Shown piece after piece: positions 42,896 through 56,990 of a stretch of 64,000 nucleotides of DNA. Under the pieces are notes generated by a model that searched no databases, had not been told where the DNA came from, and worked only from the letters and a program-made list of their open reading frames with translations. Source of the stretch: Octopus vulgaris (Eukaryota); the NCBI GenBank assembly GCA_951406725.2, contig OX597816.1, positions 163,246,001-163,310,000 on the forward strand. The letters run 5' to 3'. Within the stretch, counting starts at the first letter, position 1; the number at the start of each line of letters is the position of its first letter. Position numbers and translations under genes: made by a program.

Positions 42896-43093
42896 GGTTA
42901 ATTATTGCTGCTGAGTACAACGAAAGCATAGACATCTGTTCCATTCCTGCATAATAACTATATAACCATACGCAAACATACAGAAATATTCATACGAACA
43001 CACATTGCTACAAGTAATACAGTCATACACACATTTTTATATGAATGCACATATATATATATATATATATATATACCAATTAAGGACTGCACA

Positions 43094-43153
<60 letters not shown>

Positions 43154-43468
43154 TTATATATTTATATATATATGTAATGTACGCGCAGTCATTGGAAGAT
43201 GTGCATATAAAACACATCTGTACTTCTGATAATATTCTTCCCGCAGGCAGGTATGGAAACTGGATTGTTCGTTAATTCATAAAATATGCCATCGAGTATT
43301 ATTGGCACTGCACCCGATATTCCTGATTATTTGAATACAGGCAGATATGCAAATATAGAAGTTCATATGCACTTAATAGACACGCATATCTATATGTATA
43401 TAGATGCATGTATATGAGTAAAGGTATGTATGAATGTACATATGCTTGTATATATAAATATCTATATC

Positions 43469-43499
<31 letters not shown>

Positions 43500-43503
43500 T
43501 TAT

Positions 43504-43554
<51 letters not shown>

Positions 43555-43747
43555 TATAAATGTATATAGGTATATAGGTATATATATATATGTAAGCATG
43601 TATCTATGTATGTACGTATATACGTACATATCTATTTCTGTGTGAATGCACAACCATGATTGTGTGAATATGCACATGTAAGATGTAAAGATACGTACCT
43701 ACATTCCTATATGCATAAAATATATCTATATGCATATATGTATATAG

Positions 43748-43812
<65 letters not shown>

Positions 43813-44191
43813 CGAATTCAAATACACTTATAGGCATATATATATGAAAACGTATGGATGTATACATCTATATTCATGCGTGTATATAGATGTGTATGTA
43901 TGTATGTATGTATGCACGTTTTTTTCCGACTATTCAATATAGAAAAGCATTTAAATACAACAAACGCACACATGGATCAATTACGTCTAAAACCACAAAA
44001 ACGAAGTGCGCGCGCGCACACACACACAAACACGGAAACATACACACAGACACACAGACATACACACACGCACGCGCGTGCACACTCACACACACATAGT
44101 CAAACACATGCTTGTGTATGTATGAATATATGCATTGTCTCTGTCTCCATCTTTTTTTATATGTATATATATGTGTGTGTGTATGTATATG

Positions 44192-44249
<58 letters not shown>

Positions 44250-44477
44250 TACGCATACATATATAAATACATACACATATATATGCATGTATATATATAA
44301 GCATGCGCATATATGTGTATAAATTTGTAGATACATATATACACATACATATATATGTACAAATATATATACATACATATATATATGTAAAAATATATAT
44401 ACATATATATATGTATTAATATATATATATATACATATATATACATATATATATATGTATATATATATATGTATATG

Positions 44478-44555
<78 letters not shown>

Positions 44556-44669
44556 AACACTGGTGGGCACATAACCAAGCCACTCATACATATCGAGAGT
44601 TCGTGTTCAACTATGCATGAATACATACATGCATATGTATGTCACATAATCAATATTATGTAGGTGTAA

Positions 44670-44768
<99 letters not shown>

Positions 44769-45020
44769 GTGTTTGTTCGCATATATATGTACATCCGTGA
44801 GTGTCCGTGTGTTTGTGCAGGTTTGTGCGTGTGTGTATATACATATCCAGTTATATCTATGTACACGCGCTTGTACATATACGAATGTATATATGTATAT
44901 ACGCATGTATATACATAACATACAGTTAAGTCACGTACATTTTCACAGAGTGCACCTGCACATACAATCATTCACTTGCACACAATGACACGCTTAGATA
45001 TACATACATACATACATGCC

Positions 45021-45057
<37 letters not shown>

Positions 45058-45241
45058 TTATATATGCACATATTTTTATATTGGCATACATACATATGGC
45101 TACGTACTCAACCATCACGTTCGTATCAATTTATATTTTCTTTCTCAAGAGACCACCCACGTGATTATTAAAATGTTGCTTACCGAACACACGTGCGCAC
45201 TTGAAATATACACATACACTTTCGCATATACAAATACCTTC

Positions 45242-45296
<55 letters not shown>

Positions 45297-45371
45297 TACA
45301 TTCACACGTTCATATATATGTATATATATATATATATATGTGTATATGTATATATATATATATATACATGA

Positions 45372-45409
<38 letters not shown>

Positions 45410-45505
45410 TATACATATTTATACATGTAAATATGTTATATATATTATATATATGGGTGTGTATACATACAAATACATACACACACGCGCAGTGACACAC
45501 ACATA

Positions 45506-45561
<56 letters not shown>

Positions 45562-46054
45562 AAGAGAAAGAGAAAGACAGAGAGAGAGAGAGGCGCACAC
45601 ACCACACATACTTTCATCTAATCTTTAAAATTCATCTAAATACCCCGAATACACTTTGCATATTAAATGTCACTGTACTAATCCGTTTACCTACTCCACA
45701 CTCACACTCACATATATACATACATACATATGTACACATTTACATTCATAAATAGGAGTGCTGATATACGCATATACATATTTACGGAACCACATTCAGG
45801 AAAAGAAATCCATAGAATTCACAACACACAGGCATACACAACAATAGTGTGATAAGACGTCTACACACATACACACTCATGTATATTTAATTTGTTTTCT
45901 CCTACTTTCGATACCCAGATGAATTTTATATTAAAAGTTCAATTTCGACTCCCACCAAGTTAGAATCTTCTCTCTCTCTACTCGTACTTTGCACAACACA
46001 CAACCACTCTCTTCAACTGATAGGCATAGAAACAAACACACAGAGACACACAAA

Positions 46055-46139
<85 letters not shown>

Positions 46140-46290
46140 CACATTTATGCATATGGGCATACAGATGTAGATAATAACTTCATATATAAATGCAAGCATA
46201 TACACAATACGAATATATTTATATACATATGTCGATGATTATTTGTGAGGACATGCGCTCATGCAGATATATATATATATATATATATAA

Positions 46291-46344
<54 letters not shown>

Positions 46345-46470
46345 GTATGTATGTATGTATGTATGTATGTATGTATGTATGTATGTGAGCTTATGCACTC
46401 TTCCATGCCTGCACTATGTAAGTATTTATGTGTTATAGCGTTTTTAAGTAGATGCATCTGTATAGAACTA

Positions 46471-46612
<142 letters not shown>

Positions 46613-46613
46613 C

Positions 46614-46653
<40 letters not shown>

Positions 46654-47549
46654 TACTTACATACATACACGCATTTATGTAATAATATATGTATGTATCT
46701 TTGAATTTTGGGATGTGTCTGAGTTTGTGTGTGTATGTATGAGCGTGTGTGTGTGTGTGTGTGTGTGTGTCTGTGTGTGTGTGTGCAAGGGCCATACAAT
46801 GAATATATATATATCCACTCCATCTCCATCTGAATAAGCGGAAGGAGAAGGACAATATCCCTACGCAGTATGCATATAGGTTACATACATTAAGCATATG
46901 GACGCACAGTAGATTACATCTTTGTAAATAGAGCGTAGTCCCGTTCTGGTAACTGATTAGATCGCTTCATCAACAGTTATGTTGATCGAGGGACTGATCA
47001 GGAGATAGACGCTGTGAAATCTAATTGCTGGCATCTGTGACCGTATTAATTTTACTATTTCTATGTATGTATGCAGGATCTTCTGGGGTGTTTTTTTTTT
47101 GTTCTGTCTTCAAATGTTTTTAAATATTAATGGATGCACGTACGTACGTACATATAAATAAATATACGTTTGCTTTTCTCTGGGTGAATTTATGCATACA
47201 TGTAAATATATTTGCATAATATTTATATATATATATATGTTTATGTATGTATATATATATGTGTGTGTTCGTAGGTGCGTATGTCTGGCTCTATGTGTAT
47301 AGTAGGTATTATGTACTTATGTAAATATATCAAAATGTGTGTGTATACAGAGAAGGAGAGAGAAAGAGAGAGAGAAGAGGAAGTGAGAGAGATCGAAAAC
47401 ACTATGTGATAGTGTCACGATCAAAGTTATTAGAGTGTTAAGGAGAAAAATGCAAAGAATTCATTTACGTGACGTTTCGGATATTGCCCTTCTTTAAAAA
47501 AGGAAGTTGATTGAAAAGAAAGGAATTTCGTTAAAAATAAAAACAGTAA

Positions 47550-47727
47550 TAGGCGTAGGAGTAGATGTGTGGTAAGTAGTTTGCTTACCAACCACATGGT
47601 TCCGGGTTCAATCAGTCCCACTACGTGGCAAGTGTCTTCTACTATAGCCTCGGGACGACCAAAGCCTTGTGAGTGGATTTGATAGACGGAACCTGAAAGA
47701 AGTCCGTCGTATGTATGTATGTATGTT

Positions 47728-47775
<48 letters not shown>

Positions 47776-47998
47776 TGTGTGTGAGTGTGTGTTCGTTTGT
47801 GTGTCTGTGTTTGCCCCATCCCCCCAACATCGCTTGACAATCGATGCTGGCGTGTTCGGCAAAACAGACCGATAGAATAAGTATTATGCTTACAAAGAAT
47901 AAGTCCTGGGGTCGATTTGTTAGACTAAAGGCGGTATTCCTGCATGGCCACAGTCAGATGACTGAAACAAGTAAAAGAGTAAAAGAGTAAAGAGTAAA
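47550..47998 (+). mobile_element. SINE type B, full length
   Basis: Head, (TA)n and tail ending (aaagagt)n. Confidence 0.9.
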
Positions 47999-48593
47999 CG
48001 AGGTAATAAAGACAATGTGAATTTTGCATCAATATAAACTTAGATTTGTGACATTCGATGCTTTCCTCTACACGTTTTAACAACAAATCTATGAAAATGA
48101 TTGGTAGGGTAAAACAGTCGGTATCTAGAGTTTGTTGAGGAGGCATAATAAGGATGAAATATGCCTAGAGTTGTCATCTAATTACCAGGACTAGATTCTC
48201 TCCCCACTACATTACACACTCTCATTTGATTTTATTCATTTGAATCAATTTACAAGCGATGTATATTAGCAGAATGAAAAAGAAATTCGAAAATACGTAA
48301 AGCAATATTTCGTTCTAATCCTTTCGGTTTAAGTTCAAATTCTGCCGAGGTGAACTTAGCCTATCGTCACCCTGGGTGCTATAATCTAAGGCACTAGTCA
48401 TGTGCTGGCGTTGAGGGTATCAATTAACCTCCTCCTCTTGAACATTCTAGCATTTTTCTCTAAATTGGAGACCTTCCATTTTAATTAATATTTCAGATCA
48501 TTAAACTAATGAGCTAATTAAATTAATTAAATTCCTTATAAGCGTAATTTTACTTTTTTTTGGTTCCCTACATTGAATAACTTTAATTGGTTG

Positions 48594-49041
48594 TTTGTTT
48601 CAGTCATTTGACAGCGGCCATGCTTGGGCATCACCTTGAGGAATGTTTTAGTCGATGGCATCGACCGAGTACTTCTTTAAAAAAACTTGGTACTCATTCT
48701 ATCGGTCTCTTATTGCCGAACAGCTATGTTATGAAGACGTAAGAAAACCAGTACCGGTTGTCAATCGGTGGAAGAAGCGCAAACATAGACACGAAGAAAT
48801 GTACGCACGCTCAGGCTGGCAGGCAGGCACACACACGCACTCACATACACATGCACACACACACATACACACATATGTATGTATATATATATATATATGG
48901 CGGGCTTCTTTCAGTTTCCGCCTACCAAATCCACTCACAAAGTTTTGGTCGGCCCAAAGCTATAGTAGAAGACACTTGTCCAATGTCCAACGCAGTGGGA
49001 CTGAACCCGGAACCATGTGGTTGGGAAGCAAGCTTCTTACC
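48594..49041 (-). mobile_element. SINE type B, older copy
   Basis: Family match. Confidence 0.82.
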
Positions 49042-49364
49042 ACTCAGCCACGCCTTCGCCTAGCAACCAAGTCACCATTCAATGAACATAGCCCTGTCCA
49101 AGAATCGAAACCACATCATACGATTTCGTGGTTTGAGCAGATTCTAATATGCAAAGTAAGGACTCCTTGCCACCGGAAGTAAATATGTCTCACGCGTTTA
49201 GCGCATTTTCCGCTTTCCACATCTGCTTCGTCCTCCCAAACTCTTTAACATTACACAAATTTTTAGCATACTCTTGGAAATCTCTAAATTCTTCAGCAGC
49301 TTGCCTACAGATATAATTATTCTCACTTTACCATTTTATATCCCCGCCCCATATCTCCCTTTCA

Positions 49365-49435
<71 letters not shown>

Positions 49436-49529
49436 GCTCTATCTTTATATCTTATCGTATTCATCTCTTGCAATCCCTTCTCTTCTCTGTCTATTTCTCT
49501 CTATTCTGTCACTTTCTCGGCATTTCTCT

Positions 49530-49574
<45 letters not shown>

Positions 49575-50399
49575 CTCTATTTCCCTTTCGTCCCTAGTCT
49601 TATTCTCTGCCTCTCTCTCTCTTTCTCCGTCTGTCTTTCTCCCTTTCTCTTTCTTTCACTTATTTACGTAGTGCACACAGCGAATTTAACCGATCAAATT
49701 GATTCTTTCCTCACTACTTAACTTAAAACACGAACATTTAAGACTAATTGCTTTCCTCATTTCCTCACCAACCATCTCCTGCCCCTCCACATTCACCACA
49801 CACAGACATACACACATACACACACACACACGCACGTACACGCACACACACGCACACACGCATGCACGTACACAAACACACATGCACACATACACACTTC
49901 CTATCGCCATCAATCTGCCTTATTAAACTATTTGGCCAATCAATACGTGTCCAATTCGATTATGTCACAGTTTACATCATTTACATTAAACGTCATGCCG
50001 AGAATTCGGTAAGTCGTGTTCTCCTATCGAAAAGTCGATCTAAGAAAGAAATCCAACATCTGCAGAACTTTCATTTGTGTAAATATAAATAACGTGTGCA
50101 CGTGTGTATCAATGGAAAGATCTCGAACAACGGATTTCTGCTTTTCACTTTTAGTTTATTTGTTCGAAACGGTTTCACTCTCGACCCTAATTCTTATAAT
50201 GGAATTTCTTCTTGTCGAGTAAGAATCTCGTCGAGTGTATGCAACCGATCATGCATAGAGCATGATCAGTTGCATGCATGTACCATTACATATAGCCCTT
50301 GTCGGAACTTGAGCATGAAGAAAATTACAAAGCAGACTGACATATTTCGATTCCAGTCTAAGGTAGAGAACTGTAGCTGTTTTCTTCTGCTCTTTCTGC

Positions 50400-50497
50400 C
50401 TCGACGGCCCTGTGCGAGGTCACTAGAGATAGCGAGCCATTCAGATGGAACCGCGAATGGCTCGCTATCTCTAGTGACCTCGCACAGGACCGTCGAG
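50400..50497. repeat. 43-bp-arm GC-rich inverted repeat with a 12-nt loop
   Basis: 50400-50442 vs 50455-50497, with a single C/A mismatch. Confidence 0.97.
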
Positions 50498-50733
50498 CGT
50501 GGACCGCCATGGTTCTTGACGCCGTCAGGACCAAAGAAGAAGCCGGCTCAACCCGCCCTGGGTGAACGCCGTCACAAGTAAGTGCCTCCTATGTTGCAAG
50601 ACGAATATGAATTTAGCCATGTAAGCTGAAGAAGTGGTCGTTACTTTTATAGTAACTGCTGGTGAGGACTCTGTATTTCGTTTAGCAACCTTAATAAGTT
50701 ACCAAATACATCAAATGTTTATAAGTCAACACT

Positions 50734-51035
50734 GTGGAGGTGCAGTGGCCCAGTGGTTAGGTCATAGGATGGCGGTTTCGATTCCAAGATCGAGCGTTAT
50801 GAGTGTTTATTGAGCGTAAAAACTTAAAGCTCCACGAGGCTCCGGCTGTACTCTTTCACCATAACTTTCTCTCTTTCTTCCTTTCTCTGTTGTACCTGTA
50901 TTTCAAAGGGGCCAGCCTTGTAACACCTTGTGTCATGCTGAATCTCCCTGGGAACTACGTTAAGGGTACACGTATCTGTGGAGTTCTCAGCCACTTGCAC
51001 GTTAATTTCACGACCAGGCTGTTCCGTTGATCGTT
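50734..51035 (+). mobile_element. SINE type A with deletions
   Basis: Family match. Confidence 0.85.
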
Positions 51036-51418
51036 AAGTTCGCGTCCAGCATGTATTTGATCAAAATCATTCCAGACGTGACTTTTTGCCATTTTGTTTT
51101 TTCCCTTTAACTTGCTTTTGTCTTGACCATGCTGGGGCACCACCCGGAACGGTTTAAGCAAGCATCTCGAACTTTATGTCTAGTTCTTATTCTGCCAGAA
51201 TCTTTTGCTGAACTGCTAGAAACGGGGAGGTAAACAAACCAACACCAGTTGTCCAGCGCTATGAGTTGGCAAGCACAAACACGAAAACACAAATATATGA
51301 CTAAATGACATCCACGAGGTTTCCGTCCATCCAATTCACTCACAAGGGTCAGTCTGGATCTGTAAGAGGAGACACTTGACCAAGGTCCGACGAAGTAGGA
51401 TTGAAACTAGAACGATTC

Positions 51419-51478
<60 letters not shown>

Positions 51479-51714
51479 TGATGTATACATAAGTATAGAT
51501 TACGTAAGTGACAAAATTCAGATCCATTCAAATGTAAGAATGACTACATCACATACATCACGTACATGTAGAAGAAAAAAGGTAACAGAAACAGCTGTAT
51601 GTAAGAGTATAACTGCATGCGGATAAACATTCATATATAAATGTAATAACACATACATGTCTATGAACACTCACACACACACATATATATATGTGCAGAT
51701 TTTTTTCTATTTAT

Positions 51715-51775
<61 letters not shown>

Positions 51776-51779
51776 ACTA

Positions 51780-52153
51780 CGGCACTGTCAGTTACGACGA
51801 CGAGGGTTCTAGTTGATCCAATCAACGGAACAGCCTGCTCGCGATTTTAACGTGCAAGTAGTTGAGCATTCCACAGACACGTATACCTTTAACGTAGTTC
51901 TCGGGGAGATTCAGCGTGGCACAGAGTGTGACAAGGCTGGCTCTTTGAAATACAGGTACAACAGAAACAAGAAGAAAGAGTGAGAGAAAGTTGTGATAAA
52001 GTACAACATTGTTTCGTCACCACCTCCTGCCGGAGTTTTGTGGAGCTTTGAGTGTTTTAGCTCAATAAACACTCACAACAGTGTTTTAGCTCAATAAACA
52101 CTACAACAATCTAGTAGTCCGCTGCCCTAACCACTGGGCTATTGCACCTCCAC
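51780..52153 (-). mobile_element. SINE type A
   Basis: Reverse-complement family match. Confidence 0.85.
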
Positions 52154-52233
52154 TAAATATATATATATGTCCTGCGTTGCTGTGTTTTTTTCTCTTTTTT
52201 CTTTTTGTCTGTGTTTTCTTGTTGGATTAACTT

Positions 52234-52271
<38 letters not shown>

Positions 52272-52570
52272 CTGTTCAGACCCCCTTCGGTCATGACTGA
52301 CCATGGGATTGCACCTAGAAAGTCACCCTCCCAGGCACAAGTCCGGGTAGGGTTGTTTATGAAAAACCAGCAGTGGCCCATGCATACCGGCCCTCTCCTC
52401 TCCATGCCACCAGTGTTATCCAAGGGAAAGGCAAAGGGGCTGATACAGCTTGGCACCTATGACGTCGCAACTCATTTCTACAGCTGAGTTAACTGGAGCC
52501 CGGTCCGGGATTCGAACTCACAACCTCACGATCGTAAGCTCGACGCTCTAACCACAGAGCCATGCGCCTT
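52272..52570 (-). mobile_element. SINE with type D-like head and alternative tail (related copy 36820-37052)
   Basis: Head gaaggcgcatggctctgtggttagag...gttcgaatccc. The tail ...ctaggtgcaatcccatggtca is shared with the 36.8-kb copy. Confidence 0.8.
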
Positions 52571-52616
52571 CACACACACACAAACACACATATATATATA
52601 TATATATATATATGTA

Positions 52617-52660
<44 letters not shown>

Positions 52661-52773
52661 AATATATGTATATATATATATATATATATACACATATATA
52701 AATATATAAATAAATAAATATATACATATATATATATAAATATATAAATAAATAAATATATACATATATATAT

Positions 52774-52826
<53 letters not shown>

Positions 52827-53562
52827 GTAGGAATAAAAAATTAAAAAAGACTGGATTACAGCTCACAAAGACTTGAGTGTTTTCAAAAAAATATTTACTC
52901 TAATTAATTCCCGTAAAACGAACCCTGCCGCTTCCATTTTGTCTTTTTTTTACCTTTTTTTATCTCATGTCTATTCTCTTCTTTTTTTATATATTACCCT
53001 CCATCTATTGTTTATTTACGTGTATGTATATTTGTTTTGGGTGTAAGTGTGTATGTATTTGTGCGTTGGTTTGGTTTTGTCTTTTATGTTGTTGTTGTAA
53101 CTCTTTTTTTTATATTTCTTTCTGACAAAAATCTGATACCTCACTGTGATGTTTATAGAAGCTGACACTTTACAGTAGAGTATTCTGCAGTAGAAGAAAG
53201 AAAAAAAGAACAGTGTAGATAAAGAGACAAAAACAATAGCAAGGCCTACACTGACATGTACTCTCATAGGACAGACACACTGCAATGCAACGCACGGTGT
53301 CTATAGCTCCATGATACCGCCATCGCTCTTCCCAGCATTCATCTCGATTTGAACTCAGCTAAATAATGCTAAAAATAATAATGATGATGGTGGTGGTGGT
53401 GGTGGTTGGTGGTGATGGTGGGGATGATGATTTGTTCTGCCACCAGGGCGACGAATGAAAGGGTGGGGAAACAAAACTAAGACAGACATAATGTATGCGG
53501 GGAGGGTTTAAATATAACGAAATAATATTTATATACATATACATGCATATATATATATACAT

Positions 53563-53613
<51 letters not shown>

Positions 53614-53749
53614 ATATGTATATACGTATATATATATGTAAATATACATGCATATCTATATACATATGTATACATTTACATATATTATATATTTTATAAT
53701 ATAAACATATACATACACATATATATTATATATATTTATATATATACAT

Positions 53750-53800
<51 letters not shown>

Positions 53801-53892
53801 TATATACCTATATGTATAATATTAATCATATATATGCATATATACATACATATATGTACATACCCACATATATAGGTATATATACATGCATA

Positions 53893-54535
53893 TATGGGCA
53901 CAGAACGTCAAAAATACGTCAAAAATAGAAGCGAGAACATACAAAACAAAAAAATGGAAAACGAACCATTTTTTGAACAACGAAAGAAACAAATAGAGAA
54001 ACGAGACAGGCAACATAAAGAACATTATTCCCTTCATCAGTTGTCCCTTGTTTTATCTACTCCGCGTTCGAACGTAGGGACAAGACGCGACTTCATTACA
54101 ACAGTCCTTCGTACAAAGCAAATTTTTAAAAAATTGGGATTTGCCGAGGGTTAAATGGGTGATAAAAACAGAACAGTAAGAACAAAACAGTAAAAACAAA
54201 CGGCAAGGGCTGTTAAGCTATAACGAGGTGAAATGGTGAACGCTGGAGAAACGAGCTTTGAGAAGAGACAGGCAAAAGCACGTCTTGTCTTCAGGAAGGA
54301 AGTCGAAGAAAGAAAGATAGATAGCCGTTGGTCACGTGAGAGCAACGAGAGAGTCAGGGGGAAGAGAGAGGGAGAGTGACTAGAGAAAGGGTGGGACAGA
54401 AAAACAGAAAAACAGAAAGGAAGAAGAATAAGAGGGGGAGATAGAATAGAGATAGGTTGTAGTGTGCGCATCGGAATTATTAAGACAAAACTTGGAAATG
54501 GATGCGTGGCTTTCGATCATATAATAATATAAATA
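53893..54535 (-). mobile_element. ~640-bp (TA)n-bounded non-coding unit, followed in tandem by a partial copy (54608-54760)
   Basis: Both ends of the unit are also found at 3420-3460 and 3530-3686. Confidence 0.75.
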
Positions 54536-54822
54536 ATATATATATATATATGTATATATATATACATATATGTACACACCTACATATATATTCATATATA
54601 CATGCATATATGGCTACAGGACGTAAAAAAACGCGAACAAAATGAGAAACGAGAACATAAAAAAGAAAAACATGGAAAACGAACTTTTCCGAACAACGAA
54701 ATAAATAAATTGAGAAACGAAACAGGAAACATAAAGAACACTCCCTTTATCAGTTGTCCCGCGTGTGTACCGTTGGCGATTTTTTCCTCCATCTTCCCTT
54801 TTTGGATCTTTCCTTTTCCTAT

Positions 54823-54857
54823 GTTTCTGACGAAGAGTTCCGCTCGAAACGTTAAAC
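54823..54857 (+). ncRNA. Minimal type I hammerhead motif
   Basis: gttt-CUGACGA-A-GAGuuccgCUC-GAAA-CG-UU-aaac, with palindromic AACGUU. (TA)n lies about 90 nt downstream. Confidence 0.8.
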
Positions 54858-54941
54858 CCTCCTTCTTTCTCTTTTTCCTGAGCGTCCAATAATACTATAT
54901 TTGTTCCACGTCTTCGCATTGTTGTGTTTTCATGTTTGGAT

Positions 54942-54977
<36 letters not shown>

Positions 54978-56125
54978 GTACAGTAAAATAAATTAGGGTG
55001 GCATATATAGTCTACAAAAGTAGAAGGAAGGAAATGATACAAACGTGTGGTGACGACAGCAATGACTGGGGCGACGACAACGAGAATGAAGAAATAGGAA
55101 AGCGAAATGAAATATAATTATAATATGGAAGAGGTGAAGGAGTAGGAGGAGGGGAGGAGGGGAAGAGTGAGAGTGGAAAGGAGCGAAGGGAGAGAAGGAG
55201 AGGAGGGGGAGGGCCGTTATGAAGCAATGTATTATATTTCGGGTTCGGCGAATGAATAGTGAATACATGTGCGTGTTTGTTGCTCAAAACGATGGTGATG
55301 ATGACGATGATGATGATGAGGAGGAGGAGGCGAAGGAGAAAGTGGAAGAGAAAAAGAAGAAAGAAAACCATCGTCATCGCCGTCGTCGTCGTCGTCGTCG
55401 CTGCCTCTATATTCATCGTCATCGACTTCCACTACTACCTCATCATCAGCAACACCATCATCGTCATCGTCGTCATCCCCACCTTCATCGTCGTCGTCAT
55501 CGTCCACGACGTCATCGTTACCACCACCATCATCTTCGTCAACATTAGTAACAACAATCCCATCATCATCATCATCATCGTCATCGTCGCCGTCTATATC
55601 GTCATCACCATCACAACTATAACCATAATCTTACTCCTCATCGTCCTCCTCCTTCGCATCATCATCATCATCATCAGCGTTATTATTATCATGGCATTAA
55701 CGATACAATCATATTGCTATCTAATATTTTTTCTTTTTCATTCTTTCTCTCTCTTTGCCTCGCTCTCTTCCTTTCTGTCAATAAATTCTGTTAAATTACG
55801 ATGCAAGACATTTCATTTCTGATCGGTTATACATTCAATTAAAACCTGGCTTTTATAGAGAAATACAGGATGGCACAGAAGAAGGTACACAGTTATGAAA
55901 AATAAAACAAAGAAAACACGTAAAATAGTCATTTATTTTTATCAAACAAATTAGGCGTGGCTGTGTGGTAAGTAGCTTGCTTACCAACCACATGGTTCTG
56001 GGCTCAGTCCCCCTGCGTGGCACCTTCGGCAAGTGTCTTCTAATATAGTCTCGGGCCGACCAAAGAGTGGATTTGGCAGACGGAAACTGAAAGAAGGCTG
56101 CCGTATACATATACATACACACACG

Positions 56126-56205
<80 letters not shown>

Positions 56206-56631
56206 CGGGTTTGTTATAGCATAAAAGATATCTTTTACATCATGCTTTAGTCATTAGAGCACGGCCAAGCTGGAGTACTGTGTTGTTGAAGAATTTTTAG
56301 TTGAACGGATGGATCCTATTACTTTATGTTTTCTATTAAACCTGGTACTTATTCTGTCGCTCTCGTTTGACGGATTTCTAACTTACGGGGAACGTAAACA
56401 TGCCAACGCTGGTTGTCAAGCGGTGGAGGGGAACCAGCACACGCACAAAGACGCACACACATACATACACACACATACTGGCACACACACACAGAGACAC
56501 ACAGACACATACGCAAATAGAGCTAAATAAAAACAAAATTACAACAAAGATCAAAAGGATGTATACAGTGAATCTATTAAACTGATACTAAATTTACAAT
56601 GAAAGAAAGAGGGGCTATATATATATATATA

Positions 56632-56990
56632 TGCGCAGGAGTGGCTGTGTGGTAAGTAACTTGCTTACCAACCACATGGTTCAGGGTTCACCCCCACTGC
56701 ATGGGCAAGTGTCTTCTACTATAGCCTCGGGCTGACCGAAGCCTGGTGAGTGGATTTGGTAGACGGAAACTGAAAGAAGTTCGTCGTATATATATGTGTG
56801 TATGTCCCCCCAACATCGCATGACAACTGATGCTGGTGTGTTTGCGTCCCCGTAACTTAGCGGTTCGGTAAAACACACCGATAGAATAAGTGCTAGGCTT
56901 ACAAAGAATAAATCCTGCGGTCGATTTGCTCGACTAAAGTCGGTGCTCCAGCATGGCCGCAGTCAAATGACTGAAACAAATAAAAGAAAG
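56632..56990 (+). mobile_element. SINE type B
   Basis: Family match, followed by an inverted head fragment at 57002-57141. Confidence 0.88.

Noticed and set aside
47035-47052. Partial resemblance to miR-2001 (tgtgaccgt)
   Set aside because: Only ~9 nt match, and there is no hairpin around it.
50204-50545. Retron-like msr/msd interpretation of the two hairpins
   Set aside because: The flanking inverted repeat is weak (8 bp, low complexity) and there is no adjacent RT gene.
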